Shown here: positions 11,586 through 23,990 of the stretch, piece after piece
How the letters are laid out: every line of letters begins with the position of its first letter
Position numbering within the stretch: position 1 is the stretch's first letter
From: Octopus bimaculoides
Taxonomy: Eukaryota
Assembly (NCBI RefSeq): GCF_001194135.2
Contig: NC_069001.1
Span: 27,200,246-27,264,245 of the forward strand
Direction of reading: 5' to 3'
DNA: 64,000 bases
Notes under the pieces: model-generated
Seen by the model: only the letters and a program-made list of their open reading frames with translations
Database searches by the model: none
Told to the model about the DNA's origin: nothing
Position numbers and translations under genes: made by a program

Positions 11586-12676
11586 TTGTAGAGTTCATAT
11601 TTTCGGCTGTAGGGCAAACGTCTCGACTTTGCAGTTCATAAACAAGCAATAGTCTCACTAATTACCAAGTCCGCAATGATCATGTTTGTTCCTACACTCA
11701 TTCATGTATTTACATAAATATATGCAGACGTAAAAATAAATGCATATATATACCTATGCGCAAATATATAATGAAATACATACACATATACATAAATATA
11801 AAGGCTGGAGGCATCGCTGTGGATAGTAGCTTTTACCACAGTTCTTTTACAAATGCGTCTTGTATGTTACATACTGTGGGTGATTCTAGGAAATATTATG
11901 GGATAGAGACGTATTTCTTCAGCTCNNNNNNNNNNNNNNNNNNNNNNNNNNNNNNNNNNNNNNNNNNNNNNNNNNNNNNNNNNNNNNNNNNNNNNNNNNN
12001 NNNNNNNNNNNNNNNNNNNNNNNNNNNNNNNNNNNNNNNNNNNNNNNNNNNNNNNNNNNNNNNNNNNNNNNNNNNNNNNNNNNNNNNNNNNNNNNNNNNN
12101 NNNNNNNNNNNNNNNNNNNNNNNNNNNNNNNNNNNNNNNNNNNNNNNNNNNNNNNNNNNNNNNNNNNNNNNNNNNNNNNNNNNNNNNNNNNNNNNNNNNN
12201 NNNNNNNNNNNNNNNNNNNNNNNNNNNNNNNNNNNNNNNNNNNNNNNNNNNNNNNNNNNNNNNNNNNNNNNNNNNNNNNNNNNNNNNNNNNNNNNNNNNN
12301 NNNNNNNNNNNNNNNNNNNNNNNNCTTTCTAATGGTGAGCTGAAGAAATACGTCTCTATCCCATAATATTTCCTAGAATCACCCACAGTATGTAACATAC
12401 AAGACGCATTTGTAAAAGAACTGTGGTAAAAGCTACTATCCACAGCGATGCCTCCAGCCTTTATATTTATGTATATGTGTATGTATTTCATTATATATTT
12501 GCGCATAGGTATATATATGCATTTATTTTTACGTCTGCATATATTTATGTAAATACACGTATGAGTGTAGGAACAAACATGATCATTGCGGACTTGGTAA
12601 TTAGTGAGACTATTGCTTGTTTATGAACTGCAAAGTCGAGACGTTTGCCCTACAGCCGAAAATATGAACTCTACAA
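11586..12676. repeat. 340-bp near-perfect inverted repeat flanking an N-gap
   Basis: 11586-11925 is the reverse complement of 12337-12676 with 2 mismatches seen. This explains the mirror-image ORFs 11756+ and 12506-. Confidence 0.9.
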
Positions 12677-13194
12677 AAGATTATCTTGATGACTGGAAGC
12701 TCAAGTTTCGCCTCACGACATATACACATATTCTACTAGTTGACTAAACTATAAGCGAGACTTGAATCACGAAACTTAGAATAGATTTGACTCTACACTC
12801 AACTTTGTCTTTGCGCCGCTGTAAATATTGTATAGCTTTAAAATGATTAACCTTAATTCATTATTTATATAGTCGTTCAATTTTTTTTTATATACGTCTG
12901 TGGCCATGGTGAGATATCGTCATGTCAGCCATCTTTTACTTTGCTATTAATGTACATTTTAAATGAGAGTTCCAAGCTGTCACCTTCGTCATTGTCACCT
13001 GCTGTGAAGTGGTCTCGTCAGCGATTAAACACAGTAGCTTGTTTACATATTTGCTGTACGCATTGACACAACACATCACATATGTGTGTGTACTGAAGTT
13101 TGTGTATTCAAATATATGCATGTGACCACGGGCGAGAACGCACACTTAACTCATACAGGCAGTCAGAAACACTCAAAAACTCGCATATGCGTGT

Positions 13195-13240
<46 letters not shown>

Positions 13241-13644
13241 AGTACATACTTGTATGTACAGAGTGTGGTGAATAAACTGCCGTCTAAATTATGCAAAAAT
13301 GAAAATAACACTNNNNNNNNNNNNNNNNNNNNNNNNNNNNNNNNNNNNNNNNNNNNNNNNNNNNNNNNNNNNNNNNNNNNNNNNNNNNNNNNNNNNNNNN
13401 NNNNNNNNNNNNNNNNNNNNNNNNNNNNNNNNNNNNNNNNNNNNNNNNNNNNNNNNNNNNNNNNNNNNNNNNNNNNNNNNNNNNNNNNNNNNNNNNNNNN
13501 NNNNNNNNNNNNNNNNNNNNNNNNNNNNNNNNNNNNNNNNNNNNNNNNNNNNNNNNNNNNNNNNNNNNNNNNNNNNNNNNNNNNNNNNNNNNNNNNNNNN
13601 NNNNNNNNNNNNNNNNNNNNNNNNNNNNNNNNNNNNNNNNNNNN

Positions 13645-14140
13645 TAATCCTTGCCTTGAATTCATCTTTGGTGTTACAAGGGGTTTTGTTGGATTCTCGC
13701 TCAACTGCGCCCCACACATAATAATGAAGGGGGTTTCAGTCTGGGGGTTAGTTGCCGAGAGTTTAGGGGTGATATGGTCGCAGAAATTGTCTAACGGCTA
13801 TGACTGGGATCCCCTGCTTGTGTGACATGGTGTAGATATATGGTTTTCCAGCCGCCACCATCATGACCTACAGCAGCATTACCTCCTCCAGGCATTTGAT
13901 CTAAGTCTCCGTGTTGAGGGTGAGACCGTGTGGGTAGATGAATCGAGCCATAGCATCACCATCCCTAGTCATCACTCAAAACACCATGATATTGACTGGA
14001 TATTTGATTTTTATCACTCTTGTTACATGTCCTCATATAGCACTGTCATCAGATTGTCACCCAAACACTGAAATATTCGTATTGGAGCTTCCAGCGCGAA
14101 TGCCAAGCAGTTGAGTACGTCGTTTCCAAATTTGTGGCAT
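13645..14140 (-). pseudogene. Decayed Tc1/mariner-superfamily transposase (DD37D/maT-like), internally deleted
   Basis: Minus strand reads MPQIWKRRTQLLGIRAGSSNTNIS (14140-14069), then PVNIMVF*VMTRDGDAMARFIYPHGLTLNTET*IKCLEEV...PCHTSR...NFCDHITP...NPLHYYVWGAVERESNKTPCNTKDEFKARI (13999-13646), with stops and frameshifts. Confidence 0.88.
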
Positions 14141-15237
14141 TTATATTTATAGATATTTATTACACATTATTATATACATAGTACTGTAATTCAATTAACA
14201 ATATTAGTGTTTAATCCTTTCTAGAATTAAGACTGAATGAATGTCGTGATATATATGGTATGCTTATTCCTAAACAACACTTATGTTAGTAATGTTGACA
14301 CCGCCGGTTTGAATGGTACTGCCCCAGGTGTCAAAGCCGTAGTGATATCCGTGGGACAGCTGATGATTGAGGCCTGTTGGATTGTTTGTATGGCTGTGCC
14401 GAATAGATTTCTAAGATATCTATGTGATACATTTATACACTTGCACACATGCACAATATACACCATACCAACACATATGCACACATTTACACACACACAC
14501 ACATATATGTACATAGATATCTGAGTACAGAAGCGCACAAATATGGATCTGTAAGGGGATATGCCTGAGTATGTATGCGTCTGTGGTGTGTTAGAATATA
14601 TTCTAATCGATCTATATGCAGTTATACTCTTACATCTGTTGAAACTCATTCTTTTCTCCCTTGTCTTTAGAAATCAGTAACGGGTCCAGCAAATGAACCA
14701 TTGGTTTCCTGTAACTAAATACGCTACCATTCACTAATTACGATATAAAATATATTTAGAATAAAAATAAAATGGAAGAAACCTCTTTGATATCATCAAT
14801 ACTATTCTCAAAGATGCTGGTAGCCAAGCAAACTATTGTTCGTTATTTATCTAACACTCCTTAAGTCTAGTTCAAACGATCATGTCATATCTCTGAACAA
14901 TGCCCTTAACGGATGTTTCTGAAACACTAATAACATATTGAATTAAGAAGTTTGTTTATGTGGATTCCGCTGGAATTATGAGATTCAACCTTGTCATCAA
15001 TAAACAAAATTATGTACACAGAAATATTATAAAAGTTTTGACAAATAACAAATCGCCTACAGACATTCTCACAATCGTACTAAAGAGCACCACATGTTAT
15101 GTATTCTCATAAACGAGCAAACACGCGAACTATATAGTGTGTGTGTGTGCGCACACACACAAGCACATACAACACAGATAGGTCGCATACGCGCAATCAT
15201 GTCTTTGTAAGCTTGTAAATATTTAAGAATAAGTCAC

Positions 15238-15271
<34 letters not shown>

Positions 15272-15624
15272 NNNNNNNNNNNNNNNNNNNNNNNNNNNNN
15301 NNNNNNNNNNNNNNNNNNNNNNNNNNNNNNNNNNNNNNNNNNNNNNNNNNNNNNNNNNNNNNNNNNNNNNNNNNNNNNNNNNNNNNNNNNNNNNNNNNNN
15401 NNNNNNNNNNNNNNNNNNNNNNNNNNNNNNNNNNNNNNNNNNNNNNNNNNNNNNNNNNNNNNNNNNNNNNNNNNNNNNNNNNNNNNNNNNNNNNNNNNNN
15501 NNNNNNNNNNNNNNNNNNNNNNNNNNNNNNNNNNNNNNNNNNNNNNNNNNNNNNNNNNNNNNNNNNNNNNNNNNNNNNNNNNNNNNNNNNNNNNNNNNNN
15601 NNNNNNNNNNNNNNNNNNNNNNNN

Positions 15625-15679
<55 letters not shown>

Positions 15680-16060
15680 ATACATATCTATATATATGTA
15701 CGCACATACAAGCATATGTATGTATATGTGTGTTTCCCTTCAGTCGTCGTATCCTCGATAACATTACAAGTGATTGTCAAAACAAAACATGCATAAATAT
15801 GAATTATGATAGTTACAGTTGCACTGTAGCACGTATCATCTTTCTCTGTTCTGTATCTCCCCGAGTGAGATAATTGCAGTTTATATGTAAATCAACGGTT
15901 ATGTTGCTGAGTGATTGATTGTGGTAGGTTTATAATTTTACATCAAGTAGAAAGGAGATTCATAGAACAATAACACTGCAGCACAAACTCTCTCTCTTTC
16001 TCTCTATCTCTCTCTCTATATATCTCTCTCTTTATCTCTCTCTCTCTCTCNNNNNNNNNN

Positions 16061-16104
<44 letters not shown>

Positions 16105-16734
16105 ATATATAATCAAAATAAGCAACAAGGATATCCAGAGGTATATATGTAAAAGGTTGAAAAGGAACACACGAGTTGATATGTATAAGGAAAATAACGC
16201 AAGGTAGAAAATAATAAAATAATTTTATCATGAAGAACATTTTAGTAACGATTTCAGTCTTTACTAATTTTTCAACTTAGAGTAAAGCACAAAAACAATT
16301 AAATTGTGGAAAAATTAAATGAAATGACTTTTCAAAAAATATTTCCATAGTTTTCAAATGCAAGGGACATTTTACTTTTTTTTTGTCTGTCTTTGTCTCT
16401 TTTGTACTTTTCTGGGTTCTAGGTAGTTAGCAGCAGCTAGTTTGATATGAGTTCTTGCATTTGAATGTTTAAGCAGCAGTAGTAGTAGTAGAGAAACGAG
16501 GCGAAGAGGAAGAAGAATAATAATACAAATGCAGGAGTGGTATAACAGTAGCAGGATGTTGGTGGAATCTTCTTAAATGGTCATTTGATGTAAAAGTGAC
16601 CTGTTGTCGTTGTAATAGTAGTGATTGGAATTGTTCTGAATAAATTCATGGGCAGTGACTGATTTGAATATATAGTTTTTAATATTTGCGTGGGTGTTAT
16701 TCTAAGGCCCTGGTGATAGTGTCATTTGTGGTGG

Positions 16735-17220
16735 ATGCATTCAAAAGGCGTTTATATTTTGTGATAAAGAATGACTCTTTACTAATGAGCTGATTACAGG
16801 TTGTATCGTCCCTGAAATGATAGGGGGGGGGGAAATTCTGAAGCTGAGTTGTTTGTTATTGGCGCAAATGTCGATGTTTTCGCTGAATGCTATTTTTCTG
16901 TTTTCCGGAAATTTGATCTGGGATCTGTGCAGAGCCATCCTTTAACGTAGACTGTTTTTTGGTTTGGCCTATGTATTGCTCTCGACACCCAGAGCAGGTT
17001 AATACACATATCAGGTTCTCCGAAGCATATGCGAAGTTGCTTTTCACTGTGAAACGTTGACTCTGTTTATCACCTCTGAACGGAAGCCTATTACCATTCT
17101 CTCCATTAATATCCGTTGTTTTGAAGAGATCTACTAGAATGGATCCCTCTAGCGCATGATCCGCGCTGTCTGAGGAGTAAAACCTTTCAGTGAGCATTTT
17201 GCACCATCGCTTTGTCACAA
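16735..17220 (-). pseudogene. Penelope-like element, GIY-YIG endonuclease remnant
   Basis: SENLICVLTCSGCREQYIGQTK, then after a frameshift HRSQIKFPENRKIAFSENIDIC, then after another KESFFITKYKRLLN. These correspond to the N.IY...C..C...YIG.T, H and E..FI....LN motifs of PLE endonucleases. Confidence 0.85.
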
Positions 17221-18116
17221 AGGGCGTTATTGAGTCACCATATAGATATTCCTGCGCTGTCTTGCGTTTACCTAGCTATCTGCTGTTTAAAACCTAGTTT
17301 TATTGATAATTCTTTCAGAATTCCTGTTTTGTTATTCACTCATTAACAAAACGCTTCTTGCAATAAATACGTCTGAATTAAAAACTTTTTTATTGGTCCT
17401 TAATATACAACTGCGGATCTCTAATTTACTATATTTCTTGCGTAGACCCTTCCCCTCTCACAAAAAGAACAACAACCTTACATGGAACCGCTACGGTTAT
17501 ATGGAATTCAATTCAGAACCACTAAAGTAGTCGCTTCATATTCTGGCAATCAACAGGAAAGTCAACATATTTGTGTCATAAACGCTGCTTATGTTATACG
17601 TTGCTTCGAAGCGTTCTGAAAGAACGTATCAGTGGTTTGGGAATTGTTACACTCTATCCTTGGCTTATTGAATGTTAGACAGCTATTTGTATTTGCAAAT
17701 ATAAATTTCAGTTGATGCAAGCACTTATTCAATCGCATGTGTTGTATTCAGATAATAGATGGAAAAATAACTCTAAGATTAGGCTATAGCACGCATGCGA
17801 AATAAACAGAATGGGAAGATTATTTGCAATATATGAAGTGAATGCTGTTTAACATTACTAACGCTGAAATGCATTGCTTTGATAAAAGTACTTTACACTG
17901 TTAAGATTGTACAGCAAGGAAACGGGAGAACGAAGTATCATACTGAAGGCCGGAAGCATGTTATCGATGTGTTATTATGAATGTTTTTCTTTCTCATCCT
18001 ACACCTGCTTTTAACCTCTTAACACACATTTTTTTTTTCAATTTCCATAAACAAATATATTTTTTTATTATATATTTTGAATCTTTAAATAAGGAAGAAT
18101 AAATACACAAGTTATT

Positions 18117-18942
18117 TGGATCTTTTCCCTTTGAACGGCAGATCGAGAAATTAATTTTTTGTAACTAAACATTTGCAAACTTCGGAAACTGGTAGAATGT
18201 GTCATATAAAATATCTTTTACTCTTAGTGTTGTCGAGAAAAGTTTATAGTTTCAAAGTTATTTCGTGTTAAAGTAGTCGTATTTCGGTAATTTCAACCAA
18301 TCAATGACGTGTGTTCAGCTGAATAAAATTACTGCCGTTGTTTTTCAGCAACAACTATCGGCGGTGTATATTTCGTTTGTCACTGTTATTTATGACATCG
18401 TTTGTGTCTTTGTACTGGTTTTAGCTTTAGAGTTTTATGGTTAGGGTTTTAGGGTTAGGGTTGGGGTGTTAGTGTTAGAGTTACGGAAAAAAGTGAAAAA
18501 TGAAGAAATTATAGGGGGAGGGAGGCAAAAAAGTATTTCCGAAAATAGTACCTGAACAAGAGGAAAAGAAAAACTAAAAGCAGTAGAAATGCATGAACGA
18601 TTGTGGTAAACATGCTCCAGATACACTCGTTTATTCATACAAACATAACTGAGATGAAATATGTCATAAATAACAGTGACAAACGAAATATACACCGCCG
18701 GAAGTTGTTTTTGACAAACAATAGCAGTAATTTTATTCAGCTCAATCGATGTCATTGATTGGTTGAAATTACCGAAGTCCGACAACTTTAACACGCAATA
18801 TATTTGAAAATGCAGAATTTTCTCAACAACGCCAAGAGTAAAAGATGTTTTATGTGACACATTCTACCAGTATACGAAGCTTGAAAGTGTTTATTTACAA
18901 AAAATTAAGTTTTCGATTTGCCGGTCAAAAGGTAAAGATCCA
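18117..18942. mobile_element. 826-bp foldback/MITE with about 282-bp inverted arms and a TTAGGG-like spacer
   Basis: 18117-18398 aligns end to end with the reverse complement of 18661-18942 (roughly 80-85% identity by eye). Termini are TGGATC...GATCCA. The spacer contains TTAGGGTTTTAGGGTTAGGGTTGGGG. Confidence 0.88.
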
Positions 18943-21277
18943 GTTATTTTCTATCAGTTATGATTTATTCGTAAGTTACTGTTTGTTAATGGTAGAAAAC
19001 AGGAATAACATCATGAATGAAGTATTTCGGGTTAGCAATAAGTGACACATGCCTCAGAGTACAGTGAGCGTATATTTTCGTTCATATATATATTAACTAG
19101 ACATTTCTGAACGAAAATATACGAGATAATATGTTAAGAGGTTAATTCTTCTCGGCCTCCCATCCAACCTTTTTATTCCTCTAACATGCCCTCACCCATT
19201 TCTTTTCCACTCCCCCCACTTTTCTTCTTTGTCTCTTATCCAATTTCTATTTCCTTGTACTTTCTGTCTGAGTGCAAAGGTCTCGTTGTCTTGCGTTCAT
19301 CATTTGCAGACAGTTTCTCAAACAAAGAATATGGCAAACTGCCGTTTTATTTTCATGTTTCTTTCTTGTAAATTTTAATATAGAAAAGGGGCTTTGACAG
19401 AAACGTTGGACATTTTACTCTACAATTTCACTCTTCTATCTCTATAGCGTTTCTAGAATCTTTAGAGCAATCTCTCTAACATGTTGTGTGAATTGACGTT
19501 GAAACAAGTGGATGTTACCGTTCATAGATGCAAGATTAATATGTATTACAACGACATACATTTGCAAGACCACGAATAATTTCTTCCGAGTGCGTAAATA
19601 TTTTAAATGGTGTAGCAATCCTAGTATAATTTTGGTTAAGTTTTGCTTTTATTGAATACGTAAGACGGAAGAGTGAAACAGATACATGCACAATCGTTGG
19701 TGATAAAGATAATTGAATTGGTTGCGGTTATTGGTGAGCAAACAATTTGAATATTAGCAGTTATATACACTAATTACGACTAGAATTTATTTTATGTATA
19801 TGTGTAGGTGGGGGGGGGAAATTTCTAAATGTTTATGAAAATAATAATATGAGTTTGGCTTACTAGAAGATTTATCTCGGGCAGATATTTAGCTGTATCG
19901 CATCACTTAACTCGTATGTTTTTTGGTGAATTGAAAAAATATTATAATAATATTAAAATGCGTGAGAGAATGTATGTATCAGACATCTATTTTCAGTCGC
20001 CACGTCTCTCCTTTTAAGTGTTGATGTATGGAACATACTCAGATTTGTATGTACCCTAACAATCAGGCTGACAAATATATAAGTATTTGGTAATCTGTGT
20101 ACATATCTGGTCATACACATACATGCATACAAGCACGAACCCAGTAACTTAAAGATAACACAATTAGCAGTTTCACAAGGGCTTTGAATATGGTCATTAT
20201 TTAGTGCCATGTGAATAAACGAAGAGTCTAAATGAAAGATTAAATCAAATGAAATTTATAAGGATGCAATGAACAAGGAAAGGTATTTTCTGTAAGGTAA
20301 CCCTCTTAAACCTTCCCCTACCACCAGAAAAAGGAAAACAGTTCGAAAAGCGGTGTATGGTCCATATGGCTGGCCGCTGACAAATTTGTTCCGCAAAATA
20401 TGGATATTTTAACCGGTTCCTGCTGTTCTGTCAGCATTATCCTGCGTTTGAGAATAAATTATTTCCTTACCTGTATCTTTCATCTTTCAATACATCTCTG
20501 CGCTTCTAAATATGCAAACTTTGTTTGTTTACATTTATCGCAATTTGAATTTTATANNNNNNNNNNNNNNNNNNNNNNNNNNNNNNNNNNNNNNNNNNNN
20601 NNNNNNNNNNNNNNNNNTATATATATATTTTTTTTTTTCACACATACATAGTTTCAAACATGTATGCTGAAATGTATACCTATGTATCTATGCGCATATA
20701 TATGCGTGTATGCGGATGCTTGTGTACATACCCGTAAGCGTATGTATGTATAAAGGTGAGCCGTTCCGTGTCCACCACAAACGTTTTACTTTTTCTGATT
20801 TTGTATGTTGGGGACTACATTATGGAGTATAAGCTATATTGAAGATAGTAGGGAGTAGATTTCTTTGTTATTACTTTTTTGCTGAGGGATACAGGAAGAG
20901 AGAGAGAGAGAGAGTAGAAGCCAAATACAGAGCTTAACTCTTAATTATGGTGATGTCTAAAAGCATATTAATTTCTATAGACTGAATGCTGTGATGCTGA
21001 TTATGGCACTTTAATTTGAAGTGTTCGTAAATGAAAAGAATTAATGGACGTGTTTAATTGCAACTGAAATGAATTATGAAACTAATAATAGAATTAAAAT
21101 AAAGGTCGATGGAGACACAAAGAGAGAGAGAGGGGGAGAGGGGAAGATTAAAAGAGAAAAAGGGAGATAAATGCTGAGTGTTTATATTAGAGAACAATGC
21201 ATCAACGCTAAAGATGATATTCAACTTAGCGTTGTATTAGATTTTATTTTAAATACTTTTAATTTTTAATGATTCAT

Positions 21278-21435
21278 GAAGGCAGCGAGGTGGCTATGTC
21301 GTTCGCAAGCCGGACATGTCGACTCTGCCATTCATCCTTTCTGTATTGATGAAATAAGCACCGGATGAGTATTAAAGTCGATGTAATCGAATAGCCCACC
21401 CTCTCCAGCCAACATTTCGGGCCTTTTGCCTGTAA
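21278..21435 (+). mobile_element. SINE family A, internally deleted copy
   Basis: GGCAGCGAGGTGGC head joined to GTCGACTCTGCCATTCATCCTTTC...GTCGATGTAATCGAATAG. Confidence 0.65.
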
Positions 21436-21765
21436 GAGAAAGTTTACATTACTCATACATTTAAAAGATTATTTCTTCCTGTCAAGATGTAGATTTTGTT
21501 GTTTCGATTGACATCAGATATAGACAAAAGATATCAGAGAAAATCCATCTTTCAATACATGTTTTTTTTTTTACTTTTTTCGTCAGTATATATATAGATA
21601 TGTATAGTATTCTATGTGTCATTAACTTCTTAAGATGATACATTGATTAATGTTATCTCTGTTGTTAAACACCTATCATGCCATAGGGTGTATGTGACCA
21701 ACGGGAAGCTTTCCCTACAAATTAATAAATTTGATTTAAAGAACGTCATATATATATATATATAT

Positions 21766-21975
21766 TACGGAGATGTACTTGCATAGCAAGTGACCTGATC
21801 TGAGATCGTGTGCTAGAATGAAAACAATTGCAGCGTGGAAGGTGTTTATAAGCCATTTAAGAAACACACAAAAACCATTAGATTCACTTCAACATTTAAA
21901 TTTGATTTGTGTCAAAATATTTTCGTCGCTTTGACACCGCGACCTGTTCACTGAAAAAATTCTGTGCTGCATATC
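21766..21975 (-). mobile_element. About 210-bp (TA)n-abutting repeat carrying a hammerhead fold (Penelope pLTR-like)
   Basis: Same layout as the 2187-2417 element: a hammerhead, about 150 nt of tail, then (TA)n at about 21749-21765. Confidence 0.6.
21912..21954 (-). ncRNA. Minimal type-I hammerhead ribozyme, G3-C8 core variant
   Basis: UCA-GUGAACA-G-GUCGC[GGUGUCAAA]GCGAC-GAAA-AUAUU-U-UGA. Stem I is UCA/UGA, stem II is 5 bp, stem III is the palindrome AAUAUU. Confidence 0.65.
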
Positions 21976-22127
21976 TTTCTGTATATAAGTATATAGTTAT
22001 AAAAATATAACTATAATTAGATGCTACTGGAAATAACCAGCGCCTGTGCTAGAAGTAGATGTCAAATACCTACAATCCACTCTAAAATTTGTTCTCTATA
22101 TTCAACCACAGGTCGAATATAGAGAAC

Positions 22128-22713
22128 AAATTTAATTTTAATGTGACCTCATCACTCCACATAATCTTTGTTGGAAAGTGTGCATCTTCTACACATCGTG
22201 CTGAGTACTACTCGAAATACTATAGTCTTCGGTTTGGATCATCGTCATTAATAGTATGGACTAATCTTGAAATGTAAGTTTTCCCTTGACATTGCTTCAA
22301 AATGCGTTGGGTAGACGATTTTGAAATACCTATCTCATGACTCGCATGCTACACAGATTTTCTTGGATTTTGGTGGTACGTTTACAGCACTCCTTCTTGC
22401 TTTGTGGGGTTTGTCGGTTCGTGGTCTTCCGGAACGCTTCTTGTAGACATTCTGAACAGTTCCATCGGCTCTAAACTTATCTCTAATTCGAGTGATGGTA
22501 AGTCACTTTGGTGGATCTGTTTGGAACTCGCTCCTAAACTGTTTTTGCACATCAGCTGCGTTTTTACACTTCCAATAGCATTGTAGAATGAATTTTCTTT
22601 CTTCAAAGCCCAGTCTGCCATCATTAATTCCAAAGGGTTTAATATGGAAAGAAAAATGCATCAATTGAGTTATCAGCTGCTAAAGGGTGTATACATTTTT
22701 TTGGAACACCCTA
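22128..22713 (-). pseudogene. Second decayed Tc1/mariner-superfamily transposon (one terminus plus N-terminal half of the transposase)
   Basis: Minus strand reads CYWKCKNAADVQKQFRSEFQTDPPK*LTITRIRDKFRADGTVQNVYKKRSGRPRT, then after a frameshift [23 protein letters not shown]...[10 protein letters not shown]...[16 protein letters not shown] (HTH, GRPR-type motif, first catalytic D). The terminus is TA|TAGGGTGTTCCAAAAAAATGTATACACCC at 22713. Confidence 0.85.
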
Positions 22714-23590
22714 TATGTATATATGTGTGAGGGGGCTAAGTTTAGTCCAGCGGGTGAGGCTGTATATTTCAATTATCTAACTTTCAAGAGATGAAAATAA
22801 AACGCTAAACTGCAGAATATTAAAATGCGAGCTACATTGTAACCAGCAGAATAAACAGGAATGGTAAAATTTATCTTGTTTTCACTTGATGGGTGAAGGT
22901 ATCTTAAAAACCAAAATAAATATTTCAATAATACATAGAATTGCGTTTCAAGGAAGTGTTTAGTAAACCTGAACGCGGTTACCTTCACAGGGTGGCACCG
23001 TAGAAACTAAATAATCTTCTATGTAAAATATTAGATAACGACGTTTCTCATGAATGTATGAATGCATGAAATGCTATTATTCATGATAACTGCAACAGAA
23101 GAGTAGTTGAGAATTGTATTCAGACATCAGCTGCCACTGCTTTGAAATCCATTTTTCGTATCAATAACAATAATACTATGTGAAACGCTTCTGGTATTAC
23201 ATAGGTGAGTTTCAATTGGTTAGTTGCACATACGCATATATATATATATATATATATATAGGATTTAACAATAGAAATTTTCGAATATGAGAAAATATGT
23301 ATTCAAGACATATATTGGAAAATTGTTATATACGTTGATGGATTATCTAATGATGTCATGATGTAATGTTCTAATGTTGTAATGCATTGATGCATGCTAG
23401 TTGCATGTTTGATTCATGTTTGAATCATCCACATCATTATTACAAAACTAGGAATATGATTATTAAGTTACTGCTATTGATACTGACGATTATAAACATG
23501 CATATGAGATAATGATGACGAGAATAATATAAACATAATGCTCATACTATTCTCAACATTATTATCTCATAAACTTATAATAATAATAAT

Positions 23591-23990
23591 AATGGTTTCA
23601 AATTTTGGCATAAGGTCAGAAATTTCGAAATAGGGGTTAAGTCGATTACATCGAACTCAGTGTTGAACTGGTACTTATATTATCGACCATGAAGGAATGA
23701 AAGGCAAAGTCGACATCAGCGGAATTTGAACTCTGAACGTAGCGGCATGATAAAAACTGCTAAGCAGTTCGTCAATCGTGCTAAGGTTTCTGCGAGATCA
23801 CCAATATTAATAATAATGGTTTCAAATTTTGGCACAAGATAAACAGCTCTAGGTAAGGAGGAAAGCCGATTATATTGACCTCACTAAATTACAAATACAC
23901 TTCATTTATCGACCTGTATGGATGAAAGAGAACGTTGACATAGGCGTGGATTGAACTTTGAAAGGAAAGTGTCGAAACAACACAGAAAAA
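23591..23990 (-). mobile_element. Two adjacent SINE family A copies (second more diverged)
   Basis: ATGGTTTCAAATTTTGGCA occurs at about 23592 and 23816, each followed by family A body motifs. Confidence 0.75.
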
